A stretch of DNA of 64,000 nucleotides from Leucoraja ocellata (GCA_036785375.1 JAWMAR010000003.1:17360001-17424000); one strand, 5' to 3'; shown: positions 35,326 through 47,622, counted from the first letter of the stretch. Notes: generated by a model from the sequence alone, not told the origin. Program-made: numbers and translations.

Positions 35326-36674
35326 CCTGTGAAGGGTTTAAAAATAACAACAGGATGCATACAGAAACATACCTATTTCTGGAAGGGAATCCTTTCAGCC
35401 CGACTCCTCCGAGTTCAATAGGGCTGTTTGAATCTATCTGTAATCTCACCCCATGCCTGGGGCCCACAGAATGATGATTCTGTGAGCCGCTGACCACACT
35501 GTCAGCGAATCTGGCGGTAACCCCGCCCACCTGCGTGTTTTACCCGACCCCGGTTACCACAGCAGGTTTGAAACCACTGACCGCTTTGTCAGTGGCTTTA
35601 AACGCAAAAAACCCGACACCAGCCGACTATCTGCTTCCGCGGTCCGAACCGGGGTCTCCCCACAGCCCATAGTCAGCTCACTCGCTGGACTTCGCCAAAT
35701 CTTGTAGGATACTTCTGTGAAGAGAAGTTCCTGCACGAATATCAACCCTGGTAAGTGATAAAAACTTACCTGTAGTTTTCAACTTACCGTCGGTAGGTGC
35801 GAAGCCCTGCCCGTCCGGTGCCTTGCAATGCGAACGACGTAATTGACGTGCATGCGCACTGGTGGACTTCTTCACGGAATCACTCACGTGACTCCGAAGT
35901 CAAATTTCCCTTCACCAGGTACATCCATACCCTTTCAACTGACAATTGATTTTAACTCAGATCACAGTTTTTAAATGTTACCCCATTACATTTATCGTAG
36001 AATCATATTAGATTTAGTGTGTAGAAACCTTTTATTTTATTAGCACAATAATCATTTCCGCCATTAAGAAATTCATATTACATGGATGTAGCTACCTGTG
36101 TTGGCATTGAAATGAAACTTCAGTTGGTCAGAACTCATTGCGCACAATGTGTAGATAAGTTCATGAGATGATGTCATAGGAGTAGAATTAGGTCATATGG
36201 CCCATCAAGTCAACTCCGCCATACAATTATGGCTGATCTATATTTCACTCTCAACCCCATTCTCCTGTTTTCTTCCCTTAACCCCGGATACCCCTGATTA
36301 TCAGGATGATGGCTCGACACTAAAGAAAGTGTAGCGTTTTCCTCACCTTAATGATGGTTGCATATCTGTTCAAAATATTTATAATTGAGGGACTCCTCAG
36401 TGTTAATAAACTTCAAATACTTTTCTCATAAAGTATTTTTATAATTTACAATCCGTATCTGGACCATACATAACATTAAGGGAATGGCTTAGAGGGTGCC
36501 AGAAAAATTGTAATTGTGGAATGACATGTTAAAAATACCAGTTATCTGTTGTATAGCAAGGTTAGTGATTTCAGAAACAGGGCAAGGAAATCTGTGTTCT
36601 CTTATCTGATCTCCCTTGTTTCAATGACCATCTCCACAAAAGTACAGGTGAGTTCATATAAGACCTTTAACATT

Positions 36675-36945
36675 GGGGTGGCACAGTCGCACAATGGTAG
36701 AGTTGCTGCCTTACAGCACCAGAGACCCAGGTTCGATACTGACTATAGGTGCAGTCTGTGTGGACTTTGTACATTCTCCCCGTGACTGCATTGGTTTCCT
36801 CCGAGTGCTCTGGTTTTCTTCCACATTCCAAAGATGTGCAGGTTTGTAGATTGGCCTACTGTGTGGAATAAAAGATAGTGTATAGGAGATTGCTGATCTG
36901 CGCAGACTCAGTGGATTGAAGGCCTTGTTTCCACACAGTGATTCC
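36675..36945 (+). mobile_element. tRNA-derived V-SINE (HE1-like)
   Basis: GGGGTGGCACAGTCGCACAATGG, GGTTCGATAC B box, TCTCCCCGTGACTGC...CCAAAGATGTGCAGG, CR1-like tail. Confidence 0.85.
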
Positions 36946-37619
36946 TAGTTCTTTATGTTGAAGCACAAGAACTGTGATTTAATAAAATGATTGAATAGAA
37001 AATAGGCAAGAAGTACAATGAAATTGGTAAAAGAAAATTATAAATTAATGTACCCCTATTTCAAGAAACCTGACCTTGGTTAATTATTTCATGAATATCT
37101 TAATGAAGATATGTTTCAAACTGTCCCGGCTGAAACATGGCAGCAAAAATGTTCAATCTTTTTCCATATTCATTGAATTAGCACAGTAATAAATATAGTA
37201 TCATTAGGTTTATTATCTATAACTGACATCCAAAGATATAGAAAAACTAATGTAAAACTAATCATTTTGAGCTATTAAGTATGTTCAAATTTAGAACAAA
37301 ATGTACTAATGCTGTACAATGAAATGCTTTAAAATCTAATTAGAGCCTCATCACGATCCTTGTACTGTGAAAGGCTTGAAAATTTAGAAAATGGCAGACT
37401 AGGTTATGCTAATGAGATCCATCTTATAATAACTGGCTTAATTAGAATAGTTGCTCAAGCATCAGCAATCACTAACTGGTATATTAAACCCTTAATGAAA
37501 AAATGCAGAGTGCTTGTGATATCCCCAAAGTACCAGAGCTTTGATTTTAAACCAGCAGTAAGAGGACAGTTGCATTATTCCATATTTAAAGATGCTAGCT
37601 TGTTTTTTGATTGAATTGA

Positions 37620-37820
37620 GTGAAAGATACAGCATGGAAATATGCTCTTTGGCCTACTGGTCTACACTGACAAAGGATCATCTGTTCACTTAAGTTCTAT
37701 GTTATCCCACTTTCTCATCCACTCTCTTCACACTAGGGGCAATTTAGGGAGGCCAATTAACCTACAAACCTGTGCATTTTTGGGTAGTGGGAGGAAACCG
37801 GAGCACCCAGAGAAAACCCT
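37620..37820 (-). mobile_element. V-SINE 3' half
   Basis: AGATACAGCATGGAAA tail, CCAATTAACCTACAAACC, GGAGGAAACCGGAGCACCC. Confidence 0.75.
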
Positions 37821-38304
37821 GAAGAGGAAAAAATTAGTTAAGACCAAAGTTGGCCCCCTGAAGACCCAAAAGGGTGAATTTATTGTGGGGAACAATGAAA
37901 TGGCAGATGTGTTGAACAGGTACTTTGGATCTGTCTTCACTTAGGAGGAAACAAACAATCTTCCTGATGTACTAGCCAGAGGATCTGGGGTGACAGGGGA
38001 AATAAAGGATATCCACATTAGGCAGGAAGATTGTTGTTGGGTGGACTGATGGGACTGAAGGCTGATAAATCCCCAGTGCCTGATGGTCTGCATTACAGGG
38101 TACTTAAGGGAGTGGCTCTAGAAATTGTGGATGCATTGGTGATCATTTTCCAAAGTTCTATAGATTCAGGATCAGTTCCTGTGGATTGGAGGGTAACTGA
38201 TGTTATCCCACTTTTTAAGAGAGACGGAACAGAGAAAACAGGGAATTATAGATCAGTTAGCCTGACATCGGTGGTGGGGAAGATGCTGGAGTCAATCATA
38301 AAAG
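37821..38304 (+). mobile_element. CR1 ORF2 internal fragment
   Basis: KTKVGPLK, LNRYFGSVF, KSPVPDGLH, GNYRSVSLTSVVGK. Confidence 0.85.
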
Positions 38305-38388
38305 AAGAGAGATAGAGACAGGGAGAGGGAGAGGGAGAGGGAGAGAGTGTGTGTGTGCGTGTGTGCGTGCGTGCATGCGTGTGTGTGT
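38305..38388 (+). repeat. Compound (GA)n/(GT)n microsatellite
   Basis: Directly visible. Confidence 0.85.
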
Positions 38389-38389
38389 A

Positions 38390-39546
38390 CAGGGCCCGAC
38401 AAAGTGGAAACCGGGAGCGGGTAGCAACGTGGGAGAGGAGCAGTATAGGAGCGGTTAGCTGCGGGAGGGAGGGGGCGTGACTTCACTCTCTGCGCAGGCC
38501 GCAAGGAGAACGTTCTTCAACAGCAAGCCAGGAAGCTCGTGAGCGCTGGTCAGTGCGGGTGTGCGCCAGTGACCTCAGGATCTGCAGAACTTGCTCATTC
38601 TTTCTGCGCCTTTTGAGGAACGCGAGGGTGGTGACGTAACACGTACAAAACAGTGTGCCTACACATTGACAGCAGCTGCATGAACCCAGAGCAGGGGGGG
38701 AGGGGGGGGGGGGGGCAAGGCCTCGAGCAAGGTGGGACACGAGCAAAAGCATTGTGACGTCATCAGCTGGCCAGCGGTTAGATTTGAAGAGAGGTCACGA
38801 CTCCGTCTGAGCTGTGAATCAACTGAACACACTGAATGTCCACTGAACTGTGTGTGGTGTTTATGTGGTGTTTTATAGTGGTTTTATGGTGGTTTCACCC
38901 TGCTTGAAATGGTATGAAACTGCATTTGAATGTGGTGGCCTTGCACCCTGCTTGAAATGGTATGAAACTGCACTTCGCTTTGGTTGTCTTGCACCCTGCT
39001 GGAAGTGGTATGAAACTGCACTTGAATTTGGTGACCTTGCACCCTGCTTGAAGTGGCATGAAACTGCAATTGAATTTGGTGGCCTTGCACCCTGCTTGAA
39101 ATGTCATGAAAGTGCACTTGAATTTGGTGGCCTTGCAACCTGCTTGAAATGGCAGGGAACTTCACTTGAGTTTGGTGGTCCTGCACCCTGCTTGAAGTGG
39201 TATGAAACTGCACTTGAATTCGGTTGCCTTGCACCCTGCTTGAAATTGATTTGAAAGCCGTGAGTCAACTACTAGCCCACTGGTGAGCTGCCAGCATATC
39301 AGGATTGAGAGACAGCTGCCACCCCAATAATTCATTTGGCCCACAATGTCCATACTAACCAGTCCCTTCAGCCCACAGTACCCATACTAGCGCTCCAGAA
39401 AGCCCCCCCCCCCCCCCCCCCCCTTCCCCTTCCCCCCACTGGCCACCAATATTGGAATTGGTGGAGAGGTGGAGAGGTGGAATATTGTGTTGGGGGACCA
39501 GCCCTCCCATGTGAACATGGGACCCAACGGGTCCCACTTAGTCTAG
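38390..39546 (+). mobile_element. Non-autonomous Helitron with 48-bp minisatellite and intact 3' end
   Basis: GGGACCC-AAC-GGGTCCC hairpin (39519-39535) + ACTTAGT + CTAG|T; 38790-39480 is colinear with 9380-10586; 5' boundary uncertain. Confidence 0.8.
38896..39245 (+). repeat. 48-bp minisatellite, ~7 copies
   Basis: Same unit as 9495-9983. Confidence 0.95.
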
Positions 39547-39781
39547 TAATGTCTATATGTCAGCCATTGTTTATAGGATCTAATATGCCAAATACATCCT
39601 CAATGAAGAATTCAGGAGAACAAATCAGGTTGTGAGATATCTAGACAGATAAGTGAAGAGGAATCCTAATAGATTCTATAAGTATATTAAGAGCTAAAGG
39701 GGAGCTAGGGGGTGTGTTTCAGTGCGGTTGTCTATGAGTGGAGCAAGGTTTAGTAAAGTTTATTTTAGTTTAGTTTAGTGT

Positions 39782-40768
39782 CAGGGGCGGAAATCGCTAT
39801 CAAAGCATGGTGGGGGACAAAATTCCTTGGTGGCCGACACACAAACACACACACACACACTCACTCGAGGCTTTGGAGGCTTCAACTGTGGGCCCTGTGG
39901 ATGGTAGCATCAGGAGCTGGCCTGGTTGGTGACCGACTCCGAACTCCAGCAACAGTAGCTTCGTCCACCCCGAATCGTGGTGCTTTAATCGGCCCGTTTG
40001 TGGGCCTTTCATCACCCAGCATGGCTTAAAATCGGCCGGCAGGGATTTCAACATTGGGATGTCTCGACGTAGCAGTTTGACTGCCTGACCGCGGGGACGA
40101 TGGAAGATTCTGCGGTCGATTTTAAGCTGCGCAGGGCAATGAATGGCCCCGCAAATAGGCCGATTCAGCCCTTAGAAAGCGTCTGATACTGGCCTGAATC
40201 TTTTAAAAGCTACAATGTGAGCAATAACACTTAAACAAATAAAACTGAAGCAAATAAAGGCAAACAAAAGAACCAACCTTGCGGGGGGGGAGAGAGAGAG
40301 GGAGAGAGATGGGAAAAACATATTAAATAACGTGAGTGACCGTGAATGAGGGACCTACCTGCAAGCCAGCCAGGAAACCCATTCGACCGGAACCCAATGA
40401 CCTGACCCATTTAAATCTGATACTCATCTTTACGATCTTTCCCGTCCACCATTACATCCAATTAGTTCAAATGGTAATTGTTCCTGCATCACAGTTTTAA
40501 GAAATTCTCTGTGAATACCTCCAGTAATACTTGAAGGTCAAAACACAATTGGTAACACATCGTGTTAATACGATGTTAATAGAGACATTTAACAAGCGCT
40601 TAATAGCGTCACCTCCACTGTCTCGCGGAAAGCGGAGGTTTTAATAGATTTTTTTTTCACAGAATTTCAAAATTCAGATTACAAAACATGGGGGAGGGAT
40701 TGTCCCCAACCTCTCAAAACACGGGAGGGATGTGACCCACTCATCCCTCCCGGGATTTCCACCCCATA
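39782..40768. mobile_element. Possible non-autonomous TIR DNA transposon (hAT-like)
   Basis: GGGGCGGAAATC at 39784 versus GATTTCCACCCC at 40754; sits within a (TTTAG)n SINE tail; no clean 8-bp TSD. Confidence 0.4.
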
Positions 40769-40905
40769 AACTTTAGACGTACAACAAAGTATCATTCATT
40801 CATTCATAAAATTCCTCGTTAAGATGACATTTAAGAAAATTAAGGAAAAAATATAAAAGACAAACCACTAGAAAATAGCTTGAAAAATGTTGATTTTATA
40901 TGATA

Positions 40906-41520
40906 CTAGACCAAGTGCAGACCCGTTGGGTCTGCTCCCCCAATGGTGTGATCCCCCAACCCAATATTCCACCATGCACCCGTCTCCTCCAATGGAACTG
41001 AAGCCGTTCTCAAAAGTAAGATTCCAGCACTGCCCTGCCTCTTTAAAAAAAAATCCCTGCCTGCTGCAGCAGTGAAAAGTTCAGTGTTCCTGTCTTGCAA
41101 CATTGTTTCGAAGTGTGTTGGAAGCTGAGGAAGGAGCAGCCGTCAACGAATCAAAAGGCAGGAAGGGATCCGTACTGCAGGCGGACGGACGGATTTGAGT
41201 TATATGTACATACTAGACCAAGTGCAGACCCGTTGGGTCTGCTCCCCAATTGGTGTGATCCCCCAACCCAATATTCCACCATGCACCCGTCTCCTCCAAT
41301 GGAACTGAAGCCGTTCTCAAAAGTAAGATTCCAGCACTGCCCTGCCTCTTTAAAAAAAATCCCTGCCTGCTGCAGCAGTGAAAAGTTCAGTGTTCCTGTC
41401 TTGCAACATTGTTTCGAAGTGTGTTGGAAGCTGAGGAAGGAGCAGCCGTCAACGAATCGAAAGGCAGGAAGGGATCCGTACTGCAGGCGGACTGATTTGA
41501 GTTTTATATATATATATAGA
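40906..41520 (-). mobile_element. Tandem dimer of a 307-bp non-autonomous Helitron
   Basis: Minus strand A|TCTATATAT...GCAGACCC-AAC-GGGTCTGC-ACTTGGT-CTAG|T; CTAG at 40906 and 41213; near-identical units. Confidence 0.85.
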
Positions 41521-41825
41521 TAGATTATTATATTATGTAAATAAATTGACTTCTGAGTCATAGAGTCATATCAGTTTTCCCTACCGCATCCACACTATCC
41601 AGATAACTATCTGCATCGATCCCATTTTCGAACTCAAGGCCCATAGCCTTCTCCCCAGATTCAAGTGGAGGGCTGGTTACTTTGTAAATGCTGTTCACTT
41701 CTCTGCTGCTACCACTCTCTCAGGCAGTGTATTCCAACTCTCTGGGTGAAAAGGTCCCCTTCAGATATCCTCTAAATGTCTCAACCCATTGCACTAAATC
41801 TGTGTCTTCCAATTATATCAACCTG

Positions 41826-44800
41826 TAAAAAATGACGGGTTGCACTTAAACGCAAGGGGGACCAATATCCTGGCGGGAAGCTTTGCAAAGGCTACTGCGG
41901 AGACTTTAAACTAGAACAGTTGGGGGGAGGGACTCAAATAGAGAAAGCTAGTAGACAGTGTGTGAGGCAGGAGGCAGAGAATGGAAGCACTCAGACCCAA
42001 CATGGAGGGGGGAAAAGCAGAAAAAGATAATAAACAGAGAATAAGAGGTGGTGGGGTTGTTAAATGTGTGAGCAGAGAGACAGAGGGGTGTAAAATGAGG
42101 GTAGAAGCAATAGGTAGCAAGGTGAAAAGTAAAAGTGGCAGGCAGACAAATCCAGGGCAACAATCAAAAAGGGCAACTTATCAATATAATTGTATAAGGG
42201 GTAAGAGCATTGTAAAAACAAGCCTGAAGGCTTTGTGTCTCAATGGAAGGAGCATTCCTAATAAGGTGGATGAGTTGAATGTGCAGATAGCTGTTAATGA
42301 TTATGATATAGTTGGGATCACAGAGACATGGTTCCTGGGTGACCAAGGCTGGGAGCTCAACATCCAGGGATATTCAATATTCAGAAGGGATAGACAGAAA
42401 GGAAAATGAGGTGGGGTAGCGTCGCTGGTTAGAGAGGAGATTAACGCAATGGAAAGGAAGGATATTACCTTGGAGGATGTGGAATTGATATGGGTAGAGC
42501 AGCGAAACACTAAGGGGCAGAAAACACTAGTGGGTGTTGTGTACAGGCCACCTAATAGTAGTAGTGGAGTTGGGGATGGCATCAAACAGGAAATTAGAAA
42601 TGCGTGCAACAAAGGTAAAACAGTTATAATGGGTGACTTCAATCTACATATAGATTGGGTGAATAAAATAGGCAGGGGTGCTGATGAAGAGGATTTCTTG
42701 GAATGTATGCGGGATAGTTCTCTAAACCAACATGTAGAGGAACCAACAAGAGAGCAGGCTATTCTAGACTGGGTATTGAGTAATGAGGAAGGGTTAGTTA
42801 ACAGTTTTGTTGTGCGTGGCCCCTTGGGCAAGAGTGACCATAATATGGTTGAGTTCTTTATTAGGATGGAGAGTGACACTGTTAATTCAGAAACAAGGGT
42901 TCTGAACTTAAAGAAAGGTAACTTTGAGGGTATGAGGCGTGAATTGACCAAGATTGACTGGCAATTGATTCTTAAAGGGTTGACAGTGGGTATGCAATGG
43001 AAGGCATTTAAAGACTGCATGGATGAACTACAACAATTGTTCATCCCAGTTTGGCAAAAGAATAAATCAGGGAAGGTAGTGCATCCGTGGATAACAAGGG
43101 AAATCAGGGATAGTATCAAAACAAAAGATGAAGCGTACAAATTAGGCAGAAAAAGCAGCCTACCAGAGGATGGAGAAATTCAGAGTCCAGCAGAAGAGGA
43201 CAAAGGGCCTAATTAGGAAAGGGAAAATAGATTATGAAAGAAAACTGGCAGGGAATAAAAAAAGTGACTGCAAAAGTTTTTATAGATATGTGAAGAGAAA
43301 GAGATTAGTTAAAACAAATGTAGGTCCCTTGCACTCAGAAACAGGTGAATTGATCATGGGGAACAAGTACATGGTAGACCAATTGAATAACTACTTTGGT
43401 TCCATCTTCACAAAGGAAGACATAAATAATCTGCCGGAAATAGCTGCGGGTCAAATGAGATGGAGGAACTGAGTGAAATCCAGGTTAGCCGGGAAGTGGT
43501 GTTAGGTAAATTGAATGCATTAAAGGCAGATAAAACCCCAGGGCCGGATAGGCTGCATCCCAGAGTACTTAAGGAAGTAGTCCCAGAAATAGTGGATGCA
43601 TTAGTGATAATTTTCCATAACGCTTTAGATTCTGTAATAGTTCCTGAGGATTGGAGGGTAGCTAATGTAACCCCACTTTTTAAAAAGGAGGGAGAGAGAA
43701 AACAGGGAATTACAGACCAGTTAGTCTACCATCGGCAGTGGGGAAACTGCTAGAGTCAGTTATTAAAGATGGGATAGCAGCACATTTGGAAAGTGGTGAA
43801 ATCATTGGACAAAGTCAGCATGGATTTACGAAAGGTAAATCATGCCTGACGAATCTTATAGAATTTTTCGAGGATGGAACTAGTAGAGTCGATAAGGGAG
43901 AACCAGTGGATGTTATATCTGGACTTTCAGAAGGCTTTCGACAAGGTCCCACATAAGAGATTAGTATACAAACTTAAAGCACGTGGTATTAGGGTTCAGT
44001 ATTGATGCGTATAGAGAACAGGCTAGCAAACAGGAAGCAAAGGGTAGGAGTAAACGGGTCCTTTCCAGAATGGCAGGGAGTGGCTAGTGGGGTACCGCAA
44101 GGCTCAGTGCGGGGACCCCAGCTATTTACAATATATATTAATGATTTGGACGAGGGAATTGAATGCAACATCTCCAAGTTTGCGGATGACACGAAGCTGT
44201 GGGGCAGTGTTAGCTGTGAGGAGGATGCTAGGAGGCTGCAAGGTGACTTGGATAGGCTGGGTGAGTGTGCAAATGCATGGCAGATGCAGTATAATGTGGA
44301 TAAATGTGAGGTTATGCACTTTGGTGGCAAAAACAGGAAAGTAGACTATTATCTAAATGGTGGCCGATTAGGAAAAGGGGAGATGCAACGAGACCTGGGT
44401 GTCATGGTACACCAGTCATTGAAAGTAGGCGTGCAGGTGCAGCAGGCAATGAAGAAATCGAATGGTATGTTAGCATTCATAGCAAAAGGATTTGAGTATA
44501 GGAGCAGGGAGGCTCTACCGCAGTTGGACAGGGTATTGGTGAGACCACACCTGGAGTATTGCGTACAGTTTTGGTCTCCAAATCTGAGGAAAGACATTCT
44601 TGCCATAGAGGGAGTACAGAGAAGGTTCACCAGACTGATTCCTGGGATGTCAGGACTTTCATATGAAGAAAGACTGGATAGATTTGGCTTGTACTCACTA
44701 CAATTTAGAAGATTAAGGGGGGATCTTATAGAAACTTACAAAATTCTTAAGGGGTTGGACAGGCTAGATGCAGGAAGATTGTCCCCGATGTTGGGGAAGT

Positions 44801-45117
44801 ACAGGACAAGGGGTCACAGTTTAAGGAAAAAGGGGAAATCGTTTAGGACCGAGATGAGAAAAACATTTTTCACACAGAGAGTGGTGAATCTCTGGAACTC
44901 TCTGCCACAGAAGGTAGTTGAGGCCAGTTCATTGGCTATATTTAAGAGGGAGTTAGATGTGGCCCTTGTGGCTAAAGGGATTACGGGGTGCGGAGTCAAG
45001 GCAGGTACAGGATACTGAGTTGGATGATCAGCCATGGTCATATTGAATGGCGGTGCAGGCTCGAAAGTCCGAATGGCCTACTCCTGCACTTATTTTCTAT
45101 GTTTCTATGTTTCTATG
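41826..45117 (+). mobile_element. Long CR1 LINE: end of ORF1 (SGNH esterase-like), full ORF2 (APE + RT), 3' UTR
   Basis: DGLHLNARGT; YDIVGITETW, GVVYRPP, MGDFN, KSDHNMV; PQGS, FADDTKL; (TTTCTATG)n tail. Confidence 0.95.
42210..45018 (+). pseudogene. CR1 ORF2 endonuclease/reverse transcriptase, multiple frameshifts and stops
   Basis: ORF pieces 41981-42409, 42449-43216, 43170-43472, 43460-43753, 43738-43956, 44002-45018. Confidence 0.9.
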
Positions 45118-45244
45118 ACCTGACATAGGGAAACGTGTTCTGCTGACTATCCTATCTACACTCTTTATAATGTCATATGCCTCAATCTTGTCCCCTCTTA
45201 ACTGCCTCCACTCCAGGAAAAAAAAACCTAGCCTTTTAAAAATA

Positions 45245-45385
45245 AAAACACAAAGTGCTGGCGTAACTCAGTGGGTCAAGCAACATCTCTGGTGATCATG
45301 GATAGATGACGTTTTGGGTCGTTCACAAACTGCTAGAGTATCTTTTGTGAACTAACCCGTTGAGTTACTCCAGCATTTTGTGAAC
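45245..45385. mobile_element. Penelope pLTR-derived inverted mini-element
   Basis: CACAAAGTGCTGGCGTAACTCA ... TGAGTTACTCCAGCATTTTGTG inverted arms. Confidence 0.7.
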
Positions 45386-45899
45386 TGTAATATTCAGGAG
45401 ATTGAAATCTCTTTGCACGAGAGCCCTATTTTTGTTACATCTCTGTGCTTGAATTTATATCGGTTCCTCTACCTTTTGTTGGAGGTCTGGAGCAAAATTC
45501 CAGCATAGTGACAATATGGTTTTTGTTCATAATCTCTACTCACTAGGCCTTGTTGGAGAAGCCTTCTAAAGCCCCTGTCCAACTTTCACGACCTAAATCG
45601 CAACTTCTGCTGACCTTAAACAACCTAAAAAAAATCAAGGTTGCATTAACCTTAGACCTCCTACGGCCTTCCACAACTATGTCTATGACCTTCTACAACT
45701 ATGTTGAAGAACTCCTACAACTATGAAGAAGACCTCCTTCGACCTCCTTCGACTATGTTGAAGACTGGCTTCAACCATATACGTTTTACTGCTGTTTGCA
45801 GTAGCCCTTTTGCTTCAGCAGCCTTTTAAGTAAGGCAGAAGGGGAAATGCAAGGGTGAAGAGGAAGCACAAGAAGAGGTCTCAATGGGTGAATGGAGAT

Positions 45900-46010
45900 G
45901 ATGGGATGGACTGTCCCAGTACAACAGATGCCTGGAAGAGAGTGGTGCTAGGTTTTGACAAAATATGGAACTTTAAGCACACATGTGGGGCAGTGGATGG
46001 CAAGCATGCC
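45900..46010 (+). pseudogene. Harbinger transposase fragment
   Basis: CPSTTDAWKRVVLGFDKIWNFKHTCGAVDGKH matches WNFPNC.GAIDGKH with first catalytic Asp. Confidence 0.8.
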
Positions 46011-46220
46011 ATTCTTGTCCCTGTCCCTGTAACCCTCATTTTCCTTTTAATTCAGGATGGCATTCTGCTGGAAACATTCCTCAAGGTCCCCCTCCTGCTG
46101 CCTGGTGAAGGTGTAGGGCATAACCTTCCTCCAGCCCTCACTCATCACCAATGGGGCATCGGCCTCTGATGCTGTGTCACACACAGGAGAAAGGGCTGCT
46201 TTGCTGCATTCAAATGAGGC

Positions 46221-47099
46221 AGTCAAGAGTCAAGAGTCAATTTAATTGTCATTTGGACCCCTGGAGGTCCAAACGAAATGCTGTTTCTGCAGCCATACAT
46301 TACACACAAATAGACCCCAGACACAACATAATTACATTTTACATAAACATCCATCACATAGCTGTGATGGAAGGCCAAAAAAACTTATCTCTCCACTGCA
46401 CTCTCCCCCCCCCCCCGATGTCAGAGTCAAAGTCAAAGCCCCCGGCTGGCGATGGCGATTGTCCCGCGGCCATTGAAGCCACGCCGGGTGGTGTGAGGTC
46501 GCACACTGGGTCTTGGTGTTGGAGCCCCCGATGTGCGCTCGCAAAGTCCCGCGGCCATTCCAGCCGCGCGGGGCAGTGGTGTCAGGCCCCGCTCCAGGAG
46601 CTCTTCGACCCCGCAACTCGGGCGGGAGAAGTCGCCGTTGCAGGAGCCCCGAAAAGCGGTCTCCCTCCAGGGATCCGCGGGCTCCCGGTGCCGCCGTCCG
46701 CAGACCCGCAGTAGCAGCCTTCGCATCGGCAGCAGCAGCAGCAGCAGCAGCAGCGGCAGCAGCAGCAGCAGCGCTCCTCCACCGCTCCACCCGCTCCGGT
46801 CTCGGCCAGCTCCGCGACGGCAACGGTGAGTCGGCACCAGAGTCCCCGGCTTCTTTCCGTTGGAGGCCGCTCCTCGTTGCGGCCTCAACGACACCTGAGA
46901 CCCGACGAGAAAAGGTCGGGTCTCCAGTGCAGGGAGAGATTCAAAAGTTTCCCCCCCTCCTCCCACCCCACCCCCATCCCCCCACACACACACCCCAACA
47001 TAAAATAACAAAAACTACATAAAAACACAGACAAAAAATAATAAAAACGCGGACAGGCTGCAGAGGCCGCTGCTGGCCAGAGCCGCGCCGCCTACCGGA
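46221..47099 (-). mobile_element. GC-rich non-coding retroelement with Rex-type tail, apparently complete
   Basis: Minus-strand 3' end ATTTCG-TTTGGACC..GGTCCAAA-TGACAATTAAA(TTGACTC)n; homologous to 52825-53437. Confidence 0.7.
46728..46772 (+). repeat. (CAG)n trinucleotide repeat, ~14 units with one interruption
   Basis: Directly visible. Confidence 0.95.
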
Positions 47100-47622
47100 C
47101 AGTGAAGGATGGGGTGGTGGTGAGGATATATACTACCACCCTGGTCTCCTTCTCCAGGGGTCTCTTATGCAGGGCTACCTCCTCCTGCATTATCACCTCC
47201 TGTGGCATCACCTCCTGCCACTTCTCCTCCTGGGTGGGAAACACCTGCATGGCAGTTTTATTTTAGGGTTGTGCCCTCCCCCTGTGCTGCTGCCTTTTTG
47301 GTGCCATCTGTAAAACACGTCTCCTCTCCAAAAAACTCTCCAGCTACGAATGAACATGCCTTGGAGTGACAAAGGTGATGTTCTGCTGTTTAAATAACCT
47401 TTTTTTTCTACTGACCTTTTTTTCACCCCGGAGCTATTACCTTCGACTGCCTCCGAACACCTACGGCTACCTACGACTAGCATCACGACCTACTACGACC
47501 TACCTACGACCTACGTACGACCTACCTACGTGTAAAAAGTATCGATTTTTTCCATGCCGACCTTTTTTTAACTCGTGGACATTTATTATCAGGCTAGTAA
47601 ATACGCCGTGACCTAATTGATG

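Larger units (their letters stand above)
31706..35903 (-). mobile_element. DIRS1-type tyrosine-recombinase retrotransposon, RT/RNase H deleted
   Basis: Inverted terminal cores 31780-31814 and 35842-35876, ICR 31928-32033, plus gag, methyltransferase-like and YR remnants. Confidence 0.9.

Noticed and set aside
36675-36745. tRNA gene
   Set aside because: The A/B boxes belong to a SINE head that continues into SINE body and tail; no complete cloverleaf
38850-39254. ORF of repeated CLKWYETALEFGGLAP units (also 9645-9899)
   Set aside because: By-product of a 48-bp (in-frame) minisatellite; the paralogous array has stops and a frameshift, and the other strand is also open
42301-43140. 279-aa minus-strand ORF
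   Set aside because: Antisense shadow of the CR1 endonuclease region
46332-47022. Overlapping ORFs with poly-Ala/Leu/Ser/Cys tracts resembling a transcription factor
   Set aside because: Open in several frames because of high GC and a CAG repeat inside a dispersed repeat element
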